A stretch of DNA of 62,316 nucleotides, the filler included, from Actinomycetota bacterium (lineage in GTDB: Bacteria; Actinomycetota; Acidimicrobiia; IMCC26256; VFJJ01): the NCBI GenBank assembly GCA_009886115.1. It is 4 parts of 4 records of this genome, joined end to end, with 100 filler letters (N's around TTAATTAATTAA, not from the genome) between each part and the next. Parts side by side here need not be neighbours in the genome. Positions count along the whole stretch, not along the records: positions 1 to 23,993 come from VFJJ01000217.1; positions 24,094 to 41,018 come from VFJJ01000222.1; 2 more parts are not named here. The stretch is one strand, 5' to 3'. Below the pieces are notes generated by a model. It was given only the letters and a program-made list of their open reading frames with translations. It was not told where the DNA came from and searched no databases. Position numbers and translations under genes: made by a program. Below, one piece after another: positions 18,934-28,198 of the stretch. The first letter of the stretch is position 1; each line of letters starts with the position of its first letter.

Positions 18934-20814
18934 TCAGGCGCCGCGGGCATCGAGCGCTTCGAGCGCATCGACGATGGCCTGTTCGATCTCGTACGTGCGG
19001 AACGGAATGCCCTTGATCTTGGTGACCGACTGGGCATCGACCAGATACTCGGCTCTGATGAGCTTGACGAGCTGACCGAGATTCATCTCGGGGATCAGCA
19101 CCGTACGGTACCGGCGAAGCACGTCGCCCAGGTCGGCGGGGAACGGGTTGAGGTGGCGCAGGTGCGCGTGGCTCACCTGACGACCTCTCACCCGGACCCG
19201 TCGAATGGCTTCGCGAGCGACTCCCCAGGTGCTCCCCCAGCCCAGCACGAGCAGATCGGTCCCGCCGTCCTCGTCGTGCTCGACCCCGGGGATGTCGTTG
19301 GCGATGTTGGCGATCTTGGCCGCGCGCAGCCGCGACATCTTGTCGTGGTTGTCGGTGTCGTACGAGATGTTGCCGGTTCCGTCTTCCTTCTCGATCCCCC
19401 CGATGCGGTGCATCAGACCCGGGGTACCCGGTATGGCCCAGGGTCGAGCCAGGGTCTCCTCGTCGCGCAGGAACGGCCAGAACACACCGTCGGGGCGGTT
19501 CGGCTCGGTGGTGAACGGCACCGAGATGTCGGGCAGTGCGTCGAGGTCGGGCATCCGCCACGGCTCGGCGCCGTTGGCGATGTACCCGTCGGACAACAAG
19601 ATCACGGGGGTGCGGTACTTGAGCGCCAAGCGGACCGCCTCGATGGCGGTCTCGAAGCAGTCCGACGGGGTCTTCGACGCCACGATGGGAAGCGGCGCCT
19701 CGCCGTGGCGGCCGTACATGGCCAGCAGCAGGTCGGACTGCTCGGTCTTGGTGGGCAAGCCCGTCGACGGCCCACCCCGCTGGATGTCGATCACGATGAG
19801 CGGGAGCTCCAGGCTGATGGCCAGGCCCATGGCCTCGGACTTCAAGTCGACACCGGGCCCCGAGGTGGTGGTCACCCCGAGCTGACCAGCGAACGAGGCA
19901 CCGATCGCCGCGGCGATCCCGGCGATCTCGTCCTCGGCCTGGAGCGTTCGGACACCGAAGTTCTTGTGCTTGGAGAGCTCGTGCAGGATGTCGGACGCCG
20001 GCGTGATCGGATACGAGCCGAGAAAGATCGGCAGCTTGGCGAGTTGCCCGGCCGCGACGAGCCCGTACGAGAGCGCCGTGTTCCCGTTGACGTTGCGATA
20101 CCTGCCGGCCGGGAGCTTGGCCGGACGGATCTCATAGGGATGGTCGAACAGTTCGGTCGTCTCGCCGAAGTTCAGCCCGGCCTTGAACGCCGAGACGTTG
20201 GCTTCTTTCACCATCGGGTTCTTGGCGAAGCGCTTCTCGATCCAGCTGACGACCGGGTCGACCGGCCGGGTGTACATCCAGAACACCAGGCCCAGCGCGA
20301 AGAAGTTCTTGGACCGCTCGGCGTCGCGCGGCTTGACGCCGGTGTGCTTCGACGCTTCGATCGTGAGCGAGGTCATCGGGATCTCGATGACCCGGTACCC
20401 CACGAGCGATCCGTCGTCGAGCGGGTTCGACGTGTATCCGGCCTTGTGGAGATCACGCTCGGAGAAGTTGTCGGCGTTGACGATCAACGTTCCGCCGGTG
20501 ATCACGTCACGCAGGTTGGCCCGCAGCGCCGCCGGGTTCATCGCCACGAGGACCGCCGGCGCGTCGCCCGGGGTGAGGATCTCGTGATCGGAGATGTGGA
20601 CCTGGAAGGCCGAGACCCCGCCCACGGTCCCGGCCGGAGCCCGGATCTCGGCGGGATAGTCGGGCGCGGTGGCCAGGTCGTTGCCGAACTCGGCGCTCAC
20701 GTCGGTGAAGCGGTCACCGGTGAGCTGCATCCCGTCGCCGGAGTCTCCGGCGAAGCGGATGACCACCGCTTCGAGGACCTCGATGTCCCGGCGAGGGCTG
20801 GTGTCAGTGGACAC
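18934..20814 (-). CDS. korA: 2-oxoacid:acceptor oxidoreductase alpha subunit
   Basis: AGDSGDGMQLTG, YPITPAS, QAEDEIA, TTTSGPG, QRGGPSTGLPT. Confidence 0.95.
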   Translation of the reverse strand: MSTDTSPRRDIEVLEAVVIRFAGDSGDGMQLTGDRFTDVSAEFGNDLATAPDYPAEIRAPAGTVGGVSAFQVHISDHEILTPGDAPAVLVAMNPAALRANLRDVITGGTLIVNADNFSERDLHKAGYTSNPLDDGSLVGYRVIEIPMTSLTIEASKHTGVKPRDAERSKNFFALGLVFWMYTRPVDPVVSWIEKRFAKNPMVKEANVSAFKAGLNFGETTELFDHPYEIRPAKLPAGRYRNVNGNTALSYGLVAAGQLAKLPIFLGSYPITPASDILHELSKHKNFGVRTLQAEDEIAGIAAAIGASFAGQLGVTTTSGPGVDLKSEAMGLAISLELPLIVIDIQRGGPSTGLPTKTEQSDLLLAMYGRHGEAPLPIVASKTPSDCFETAIEAVRLALKYRTPVILLSDGYIANGAEPWRMPDLDALPDISVPFTTEPNRPDGVFWPFLRDEETLARPWAIPGTPGLMHRIGGIEKEDGTGNISYDTDNHDKMSRLRAAKIANIANDIPGVEHDEDGGTDLLVLGWGSTWGVAREAIRRVRVRGRQVSHAHLRHLNPFPADLGDVLRRYRTVLIPEMNLGQLVKLIRAEYLVDAQSVTKIKGIPFRTYEIEQAIVDALEALDARGA

Positions 20815-21023
20815 GGGCAGGACTCCGTTTTGTTGGGCCGCTCGTGATTCGGGCAGCCCGGATCACGAGTCGTGGTTACGTGTATGCCGCCCCGGCTCTG
20901 ACCCACGGGCCGGGACGCGGAGCCTATCGCCGCGTCGCAGCCGTGATGGGCACCGAGGCCGGCTCCGCGTGCACCCCCGGCCCGCCTCGGGTCGGGACCC
21001 GCCCCAGGAGCGACCCGGGCGCC

Positions 21024-21377
21024 TCAGGCCAAGGCGTCGAGGGCACCCTCGACGACCCGACGAACTCGGGCCCGGCCTCGCCGGTCGGAATCCCGGGCGA
21101 CCTGCTCGGCGACGACCTCGACCCGCGACGCCCGCCCGCCGGCGAGCGCGTAGAAGCGCCTCACCACTCGGCCCGCAGCGACCAGCCCGACGCCCGCTTC
21201 GAGCTCGCCGACCCACGGCGGAGGATCCCACATCGTGATGGGCAGCGACATGGCTCTGCCCTGTTCGGTGGCCTTGACCCGAACCGTCAGCACAGCCAGC
21301 ACCGAGCCCGACTCCAAGGTCCGCATCTCGGGCCCCTTGGCCAGCTCTCCTGCGATCATGACGAGACTGCAATCCAT
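21024..21377 (-). CDS. Single-stranded DNA-binding family protein (OB fold only)
   Basis: VMIAGELAKGPEMRTLESGS..LPITMWD..GRVVRRF..SRVEVVAE. GGAGGT RBS upstream. Confidence 0.8.
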   Translation of the reverse strand: MDCSLVMIAGELAKGPEMRTLESGSVLAVLTVRVKATEQGRAMSLPITMWDPPPWVGELEAGVGLVAAGRVVRRFYALAGGRASRVEVVAEQVARDSDRRGRARVRRVVEGALDALA

Positions 21378-21454
21378 CTCCGTACGACCTCCCCCGTCGG
21401 CGCGCGGCACGACGATCTGCGTGCGATGACCGGGGGAAGTGCACCGTCGCCGCG

Positions 21455-21476
21455 AGCATGACAGGGGGGTACGACA
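21455..21476 (-). promoter_or_regulatory. PafBC/RecA-NDp-type DNA-damage promoter motif for the ssb-like gene
   Basis: Minus strand TGTCGT-ACCCCCCTGT-CATGCT, compared with the consensus TGTCGG-N10-TANNNT. Confidence 0.65.
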
Positions 21477-21529
21477 CTCAGAAGCCCGCCGGGGCGATCG
21501 TCGCCCGACTCGGGACGAACAGCGGCCCG

Positions 21530-23338
21530 CTACCTGAGGTTGGCGAGCCGCTCAGCCACGTCGAAGAACGACGGGTCGATCGTGCGCACCTTCACGAAGA
21601 GTCGACGGGCACCTGGCAGATCGCCGGCCCGCTCGGCCAGATCGGCCATCGCGTACCACTGCCGCACGTGGTACTCCGACACCTTCCGAGGCTCGAGCGG
21701 GACCCGCGACAGCAGCCGCATGGCGTCGTCGAAACGACCCCGATCGCCCAGTGCGCCGGCGGCGACGATACGGCCCTCAGCCACCAGCTCGGGTGACGGG
21801 GAGACGTCGCGGAGGTCGGCCCAGTATTCCTCGAGCCGACCGTACCGGCGCAGGGCGCGGCAGCAGTCCATGAGCACCGGGTGCTGATCCGTCGAGCCCG
21901 ACAGCGAGACGAACACCTCGAGTTCCTCAATGGCCTCCGCATACCGGCCCTGCCGGTACAGGATCAGCCCCATGAGCTCCCGCACCCCGCTCGCCTGCGG
22001 ATATCCACGATGCAGGGCGCCGAGCATCCGCTTGGCGTCGTCGTAGCGCTCGCGTTGAAACGCCTCGCTGGCCCGGTGGAGCCGCTCGATCGCCTTGGAC
22101 GCGTCGCGTCCCGCCACGAGACGGAGCTCTCCGTCGGCATCGGTGGGGATCCGGCGACGCTGCCTGACGACCGCAGCCCGGGGATCACCGGGCGAGGTCT
22201 CGCTCGCGCGACGGGCCGAGCTCGTACCGGCGCCTGCTCGCCGACGCAGCGATGAAGCCGGCGTGCTCGGCGCCGCGCCGCCGTCGCGGCCCACCGTCGA
22301 CCGAGCAGGGCCCTCACCCGGAACGGCTGAGCGGGCCGAGCGGACTCCGGGACGATCACGGAAGCTCTCGCCCTCCCACGGTCGAGGCCTGCGTGTCGCG
22401 CTCTCCCTCCGGTCGTCGGCCTGCTGGCCCGACCCCGAGGATCCGGCCCGGGACGACGGCCCACCACGACCAGCCGAGTCGGATCGACGTGCTCCGGGGG
22501 ATCGGCCGGCGCTCGACGGGCGCACCCCCCGGTCCCCACGACCGTCGGTCGCGTCGGGACGCCCGGCATGCGGCGTCCCACCCCGACCACCAGGACCCCG
22601 GGCCACACCGTCAGAACGAGCCGGCCGCTCCCCACTCGGGCTCGCCGAGTTTGTCGTCGTGCGCGAGCCTCGGCCCTTGTCGGACCCGGAACGCGCTCCA
22701 GCGCCTGACGACGATCGGTGGCCCGCCGAGGGGCTCTGTGCGGCCCGATCGTCGCGCGTCAACCCCGAACGGTCGGTGGCGCCCGAACCGCCTGCTTCTG
22801 AGGCTCCGCCGCCGCGACGCGTGTCCTTGCGAGGCCCGCCAGACGGAGTGCCTGACGACGGACGACGCGGTCGCTCGTCGCGCTCCACCGGACCGTCACG
22901 TCGAGGAGATCGCTCCGTCGAGCGGGCGTCGCTCCGCGCGGCCCCAGGTTTGCCGGCGCGCGATCCTTCACGTTCAGAACGCTCGCCGACGCCCTCGCGG
23001 CCTCTGGGCGCTCCCGCACGCGACCGGGCCGTCGTACGGTCGCGGCCCGCTGCGGCCGGACCGGGCTTCGCCGATCCCCGCCCGCTCGGGCTCTCCTCGC
23101 GCTCATCGCTCCGAGATGAGCCCGCACCACCCTTCGAGCTCGCTGCAGGCCGCCCAGCCCGAGACGGTCGTGCCTTCGGACCGTCGCCGCGGCCGAAGCT
23201 GCCCCCGTCGGCTCCCGCTCCCGACGAACTCGGCGCGGAACGATCGGACGTCGGCCCTGAGGCCCGACGGGACCCTGTTGCGCGGCGCGCCGGGTCGGAG
23301 CCTCCTGTGCTACGACCTCGACCCTCACCTACTGCCAT
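21530..23338 (-). CDS. TPR protein with long R/G/S/P low-complexity N-terminus (start uncertain)
   Basis: C-terminal VRELMGLILYRQGRYAEAIEELE, HPVLMDC, EGRIVAAGA..WYAMADL. Such genes typically follow the 5S gene in Actinobacteria. Confidence 0.8.
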   Translation of the reverse strand: MAVGEGRGRSTGGSDPARRATGSRRASGPTSDRSAPSSSGAGADGGSFGRGDGPKARPSRAGRPAASSKGGAGSSRSDEREESPSGRGSAKPGPAAAGRDRTTARSRAGAPRGREGVGERSEREGSRAGKPGAARSDARSTERSPRRDGPVERDERPRRPSSGTPSGGPRKDTRRGGGASEAGGSGATDRSGLTRDDRAAQSPSAGHRSSSGAGARSGSDKGRGSRTTTNSASPSGERPARSDGVARGPGGRGGTPHAGRPDATDGRGDRGVRPSSAGRSPGARRSDSAGRGGPSSRAGSSGSGQQADDRRESATRRPRPWEGESFRDRPGVRSARSAVPGEGPARSTVGRDGGAAPSTPASSLRRRAGAGTSSARRASETSPGDPRAAVVRQRRRIPTDADGELRLVAGRDASKAIERLHRASEAFQRERYDDAKRMLGALHRGYPQASGVRELMGLILYRQGRYAEAIEELEVFVSLSGSTDQHPVLMDCCRALRRYGRLEEYWADLRDVSPSPELVAEGRIVAAGALGDRGRFDDAMRLLSRVPLEPRKVSEYHVRQWYAMADLAERAGDLPGARRLFVKVRTIDPSFFDVAERLANLR

Positions 23339-23386
23339 GAACTGAATCCTCTCGACCACGGGGTTCACTCACCGGGGTGCGCACGC

Positions 23387-23422
23387 GAACGAGCGCCTCC
23401 CCACAAGGGGAGGCGCTCGTTC
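23387..23422 (-). terminator. Putative rrn operon terminator hairpin
   Basis: Perfect 16-bp stem GAACGAGCGCCTCCCC-ACAA-GGGGAGGCGCTCGTTC just 3' of the 5S gene. Confidence 0.8.
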
Positions 23423-23430
23423 AAGAGAAT

Positions 23431-23549
23431 CCCCGGCGGCGACCTACTCTCCCAGGGGGCTGCCCCCCAAGTACCATCGGCGCTGGCAAGCTTAACTGCC
23501 GTGTTCGGAATGGGAACGGGTGTGACCTCGCCGCTATTGCCACCGGGAA
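23431..23549 (-). rRNA. rrf: 5S rRNA
   Basis: Minus strand CCCGGTGGC..CACACCCGTTCCCATTCCGAACACGGCAGTTAAGC..GATGGTACT..GGGAGAGTAGGTCGCCGCCGGG. Confidence 0.97.
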
Positions 23550-23620
23550 ACCTGTTGTCAAGGACGCGCTCCGAAGAGCTGCGGTCCTCGAGACCTTGAC
23601 AGCGAGCACAAACAATTGGG

Positions 23621-23993
<373 letters not shown>

Positions 23994-24093
23994 NNNNNNN
24001 NNNNNNNNNNNNNNNNNNNNNNNNNNNNNNNNNNNNNTTAATTAATTAANNNNNNNNNNNNNNNNNNNNNNNNNNNNNNNNNNNNNNNNNNNN
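23994..24093. other. Artificial contig linker
   Basis: N44-TTAATTAATTAA-N44 (stops in all frames). Confidence 0.99.
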
Positions 24094-24108
24094 GGTTCAC
24101 ATCGGGAA

Positions 24109-24552
24109 CTACAGCCTCTCGAAGATCGCCGGCGAGGCAGTGGTGCAGTTCGCCCGGTCGCCGGGGAGCTCGTGGAGGTTCTGGAGGCGTACCTGGCCGC
24201 GGGCGACGAGCTTGCCATCGGTCCGGCGGGTGATCTCGACCATCCAGATCTGCTGCGACCGTCCGACGTGCACCGGTGTACCGACGACGTCGACGATGCC
24301 CTCGGAGTGGGTGCGGATGAAATCGGTGGTATTCGAGACGCCCACGACACCCTTGACGCCGAAGGGGCGCCCGGCCTTGGCCGCACCGTGCGACGCGACC
24401 GACTCCACGATCGAGCAATAGACACCACCGTTGACGATCCCGTACGGCTGGTGGTGGCGAGGACCGATCTCGACCGAAGCCAGCACCCGGGTCTCGGTCC
24501 ACTCGCTGATGACGAGCCCGACCACATCATCCCAATACGTCGCTTCAGTCAT
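24109..24552 (-). CDS. PaaI family thioesterase
   Basis: HHQPYGIVNGGVYCSIVES, GVSNTTDFIR, GRSQQIW. Confidence 0.9.
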   Translation of the reverse strand: MTEATYWDDVVGLVISEWTETRVLASVEIGPRHHQPYGIVNGGVYCSIVESVASHGAAKAGRPFGVKGVVGVSNTTDFIRTHSEGIVDVVGTPVHVGRSQQIWMVEITRRTDGKLVARGQVRLQNLHELPGDRANCTTASPAIFERL

Positions 24553-24626
24553 GGCCGGGACGCTACCCAGGGGGTCCAGCCGTGCATCAACTCGGCGCGA
24601 CACGCGTCCTCGTTCCGTCGACCGGA

Positions 24627-25385
24627 TCAGGTGACGACACCGCGGGCGCCGTCGATGGCGATCGTCTGGCCGCTCACATAGCGGGAATCGTCGGACAGCA
24701 AGAACGTGACCACGTCCCCGATGTCGCTGGCGCTGCCCCAACGCCCGAGCGGCACGCCACCAGCTGGCGCAGCGACGCCCGGCTCGGAACCGAAGCGCCC
24801 CATGGTCATCGGGGTGTCGATCCCGCCTGGGCACACGGAGTTGGCCCGGATCCCGTGCGGGCCGTACTGCACGGCGACGAGGCGCATCAAGGCGCTCACC
24901 GCGCCCTTGCTCGCCGTGTAGCCCGACCCCATCCCGGAGCCGTGCAGGGCAGCGGACGACGAGATCGCCACGACCGACCCGCCTCCAGCGGCCATCACGT
25001 GAGGGAGGACGTGCTTGGTGAACAGGAACGTTCCGTCGAGGTTGACGCGCAGGATCCGGTGGAACTCGTCGAACGGAACCTCGTGGACGGGCACGATGTC
25101 GCCCCCGCCGGCGACTCCGGCCGAGGTGACGAGACCGTCGAGACGACCGAAGGTCTCGATGGCCGAGCCCACCGCCCAGGCCACGGCGGCCTCGTCGCCC
25201 ACGTCGGCCTCCAACGCCATGCAGCCGTCGGGCAGCTCGGCCAGGGTGTCGCCGAGGGTGTCAGGGTTGCGGTCGACGATGGCGACCCGGCCACCGTCGG
25301 CTGCGATCCGCTGCGCCGCTGCCTGGCCGATCCCCGATGCCCCGCCGGTGACCAGGAAGGCCTTGCCCGAGAACCGCATCGTCAT
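24627..25385 (-). CDS. Short-chain dehydrogenase/reductase
   Basis: TGGASGIG, VNLDG, YTASKG, PGGIDTPM. Confidence 0.93.
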   Translation of the reverse strand: MTMRFSGKAFLVTGGASGIGQAAAQRIAADGGRVAIVDRNPDTLGDTLAELPDGCMALEADVGDEAAVAWAVGSAIETFGRLDGLVTSAGVAGGGDIVPVHEVPFDEFHRILRVNLDGTFLFTKHVLPHVMAAGGGSVVAISSSAALHGSGMGSGYTASKGAVSALMRLVAVQYGPHGIRANSVCPGGIDTPMTMGRFGSEPGVAAPAGGVPLGRWGSASDIGDVVTFLLSDDSRYVSGQTIAIDGARGVVT

Positions 25386-25465
25386 GTCTCCCTTGTCGCT
25401 CGGCGTCCATGGCTCGGGTCGGTCGCTGGTGTCCGACGGTCGCCCGTCGAGCAGCGGCCCGCCGA

Positions 25466-25912
25466 TCAGGGCATCGGTGGCAACCGGGTCCGGTAGCTCG
25501 ACGGCAGCAGCTCGAGCAGTTGGCCGTCGGGGTCGCGTACGAACACGGCCATGCCGCCGTAGTCGGTGTCGGCCAGCACCTCGCCGCCGTGCTCCTCGAC
25601 CAGCGCGCACGTGGCCGCGATGTCGTCGACCGCGATCGACAGGTGGGTGAGGCCGGGCTCGTTCATCACCCGCTCCCGGTAGGGGACCGTGGTGCCGGAT
25701 GCGGCGAAGTGCAGCAGCTCCAACACGAGACCGTCGAGGACGAGGTACGTGGCCGAGAACCCCAGCGGGGGCTTCACCCGCAGCAGCGCCGCCGAGCGGT
25801 CGTCGGTGTCGACGAACTCGAACCAGTACCGAAAGCCCAGAACCTCCTCGTAGAAGCGGCGGGACCGGGCGAGATCGGTGACGACCTGACCGGAGTGGTT
25901 GTAGGCAGGCAT
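25466..25912 (-). CDS. VOC/glyoxalase family protein
   Basis: NHSGQVVTDLARSRRFYEEVLGF, LELLHF, THLSIAVDD, RDPDGQLLEL. Confidence 0.9.
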   Translation of the reverse strand: MPAYNHSGQVVTDLARSRRFYEEVLGFRYWFEFVDTDDRSAALLRVKPPLGFSATYLVLDGLVLELLHFAASGTTVPYRERVMNEPGLTHLSIAVDDIAATCALVEEHGGEVLADTDYGGMAVFVRDPDGQLLELLPSSYRTRLPPMP

Positions 25913-26081
25913 GGAGCGTCCTCCGCTGTGTCTCCCTGGCGCGTCCCCGGGGTGGTGTCGTCAGGCGCGACGCTAACGTGACCGCGCTCCGGCTTCCACG
26001 TCTCGGCGCGTCTCGGCCTCGAGCGCCGCTCCGGGTCGGCGGCCGGCCACCGCAGCAGCCCTCTGAGCGCAAGGACGATCC

Positions 26082-26918
26082 GTGACCGATCCGACGCCCA
26101 CACCGTCCGAGCCCACTGCGCCGATCATCCTCGTTGACATCGCCGATCGGGTGGCCGTGGTCACGCTCAATCGTCCGCATCGACGCAACGCCCTGAACTC
26201 GGCGCTGTACGCCCAGATCGCCGAGGTCATGCTCGAGCTCGACGCGGACGACGCCGTTGACGTGATCGTGCTCACTGGCACCGATCCGGCGTTCTCGGCC
26301 GGGGTCGACCTGAAGGAGTTCGGCGGGGTGTTGACACGCGGCGAGGGAGCCCCCTCGGCCCCCGAGGGGGCTCGCGGGGGAGGACGCACCCCGTGGAACG
26401 GCCCCATCCCGCCCGTGGCCAAGCCGATCATCGGCGCCATCAACGGACCCTGCGTGACCGGGGCCCTCGAGCTGGCGTTGGCGTGCGACTTCCTCGTGGC
26501 CTCCGAGAGGGCCCGTTTCGCCGACACCCATGCTCGCGTGGGGGTGATGCCCGGCGACGGGGTGACCGTGAGGCTCCCACAGGCCATCGGGATCAGACGG
26601 GCCAAGGAGATGAGCGTCACCGGCAACTACGTCGACGCGGCGACGGCGCTCGCCTGGGGCCTCGTCAACCACGTGGTGGCCCACGACGACCTGGTCCCGT
26701 TCTGCCGCCGGCTCGCCGCCGACATCGTCACCAACGACCAGGCCGGCGTGCGCACGATGATCGACACCTACGACCGGGTCTGCGCAACAACTGAGGACGA
26801 GGCCTGGCCGATCGAGCTGGCCGTCAGCGTCGGCTGGGAGGGCGCCGGATACGACGGAGACGAGATCGCTCGACGGCGTACGTCGGTGATCGAACGCGGG
26901 CGCAGCCAACAGCGCTGA
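26082..26918 (+). CDS. Enoyl-CoA hydratase/isomerase family protein
   Basis: LNRPHRRNALN, FSAGVDL, AINGPCVTGALELALACD, FADTHARVG. Confidence 0.92.
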   Translation: MTDPTPTPSEPTAPIILVDIADRVAVVTLNRPHRRNALNSALYAQIAEVMLELDADDAVDVIVLTGTDPAFSAGVDLKEFGGVLTRGEGAPSAPEGARGGGRTPWNGPIPPVAKPIIGAINGPCVTGALELALACDFLVASERARFADTHARVGVMPGDGVTVRLPQAIGIRRAKEMSVTGNYVDAATALAWGLVNHVVAHDDLVPFCRRLAADIVTNDQAGVRTMIDTYDRVCATTEDEAWPIELAVSVGWEGAGYDGDEIARRRTSVIERGRSQQR

Positions 26919-26962
26919 GGCATTCGGCTCCCCGCAGCGGCTTCGGCAGCACGCCCGGCTTT

Positions 26963-27033
26963 GCCGCAGGCAGACTGGCAGCGCATTGGACCGCATGCGG
27001 TTCGCGGCGCTGCCAGCTCGGGAGTCGGCGCAC
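26963..27033 (+). repeat. Palindromic element, copy 1 (direct repeat of 28075-28146)
   Basis: GCCGCAGGCAGA-CTGGCAGCGCATTGGACCGCATGCGGTTCGCGGCGCTGCCAGCTCGGGAGTCGGCGCAC. 67 of 72 aligned positions match copy 2 (hand alignment). Confidence 0.95.
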
Positions 27034-27061
27034 CCGCGGAGCGGCGCGTTGAGAGCGTTGT

Positions 27062-27083
27062 TGTCGTACCCGGATGCGAACAT
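27062..27083 (+). promoter_or_regulatory. PafBC/RecA-NDp-like promoter motif with a weak -10, leaderless spacing
   Basis: TGTCGT-ACCCGGATGC-GAACAT, then 6 nt to ATG 27090. Same geometry as the uvrB motif. Confidence 0.55.
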
Positions 27084-27089
27084 CGGGCG

Positions 27090-28016
27090 ATGAGCGAGAA
27101 CGAACGGGACGTGCTGGGCCTGGCGACATGTCAATGGGGTGTCATCACCCGGCATCAGGCAGTCGAGCGAGGGCTGTCTCCGACGACCGTGAGCCGGCGC
27201 GTCCGCGACGGCCGGTGGGAGATCGTGCATCCGAGGGTGTACCGGATCGCCGGCCATCCCGTGTCGTTCCGGCAGCGGTGCATGGCGGCGGTCCTGTGGG
27301 CGGGCGACGATGCGGTGATCTCGGGAGTGACGGCCGGGCGTCTCTGGGGCCTCGACGACGTGACGAGCTCCCATGTCGAGGTCACCGTTCCCCGTTCTCG
27401 AACCCGGACGCCCATCGCCGGGGTGTCGGTCACGGCCACTCGTCATCTCGATCGGCTCGACATCGCCGAACGTGATCGACTTCCCGTCACGAGCCTGGCC
27501 CGAACGGTCGTCGACCTGGCCCGGTGCCTCGGTCCTGACTCCTTGGAGGTGGCGCTCGACGCAGCGCTCCGCGGTGGCCGAACCTCGACCACGGCGATCC
27601 TCCATCGGGCGAAGGTGGTCGCGCCCTCCGGCCGGGCGGGTGTCGGTGTGCTGCGAGAGCTGCTGGCCGAGCGTCGGGGTGGGAAGGCGGTGTCGGGGAG
27701 CGCGCTCGAGACCAGGGTTCGCCGCTTGTTCATCAATGCCGGGCTGCCCGTGCCCGTCTCGCAGCATCGCATCCACGATCGGGGACGGCATGTGGCGCGA
27801 GCAGACTTCGCGTACCCCGAGCTGAAGCTGGTGATCGAGGTCAAGGGTTACCGGTGGCGCAGTGGGCGGGCGGCTTGGCTGCGAGACGCCGTGCGCGACA
27901 GCGAGATGGCAGCGCGGGGCTGGAGGGTCATCACCATCACATGGGACGAGGTCTGCTCGTCACCCGGCGAAGCCATCGGCCGCGTTCGTCGGGCGCTCGG
28001 GTCGAATGCGGCGTGA
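27090..28016 (+). CDS. AbiEi-like N-terminal domain fused to a DUF559/Vsr-like nuclease domain
   Basis: QWGVITRHQA..GLS..GRWEIVHPRVY, AAVLWAG..S..TAGRLWGL, LPVTSLARTVVDLA, SALETRVRRL..GLP.P..Q, DFAYPELKLVIE, RD..GWRVITITW. Confidence 0.88.
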   Translation: MSENERDVLGLATCQWGVITRHQAVERGLSPTTVSRRVRDGRWEIVHPRVYRIAGHPVSFRQRCMAAVLWAGDDAVISGVTAGRLWGLDDVTSSHVEVTVPRSRTRTPIAGVSVTATRHLDRLDIAERDRLPVTSLARTVVDLARCLGPDSLEVALDAALRGGRTSTTAILHRAKVVAPSGRAGVGVLRELLAERRGGKAVSGSALETRVRRLFINAGLPVPVSQHRIHDRGRHVARADFAYPELKLVIEVKGYRWRSGRAAWLRDAVRDSEMAARGWRVITITWDEVCSSPGEAIGRVRRALGSNAA

Positions 28017-28074
28017 CAGCCCCGCCCCCGCGCCCGCCCCGCGCCAGCGTCCCCGCCCCGCCCCGCCCCGAGCC

Positions 28075-28146
28075 GCCGCAGGCAGAGCTGGCAGCGCATT
28101 GGACCGCATGCGGTCCACAGCGCTGCCAGCTCGGGAGTCGGGGCAC
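28075..28146 (+). repeat. Palindromic element, copy 2
   Basis: Core 28085-28132 is GAGCTGGCAGCGC-AT-TGGACCGCATGCGGTCCA-CA-GCGCTGCCAGCTC, a 48-bp palindrome with one 2x2 mismatch. Confidence 0.95.
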
Positions 28147-28198
28147 GCTCGCCGCCGGTCGCTCGCCGCCGGGGCGCCCAGCTCGTAGCCTGGGAGTC

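Noticed and set aside
27077..27090. CGAACATCGGGCGA as a LexA box for the DUF559 gene
   Set aside because: Only the left half-site matches
27090..28016. Type IV AbiE toxin-antitoxin system
   Set aside because: No AbiEii nucleotidyltransferase partner is adjacent
26963..28146. Palindromic repeats as a CRISPR array or integron attC cassette
   Set aside because: Only two copies 1.1 kb apart, no spacers or cas genes, no RYYYAAC/GTTRRRY ends and no integron integrase
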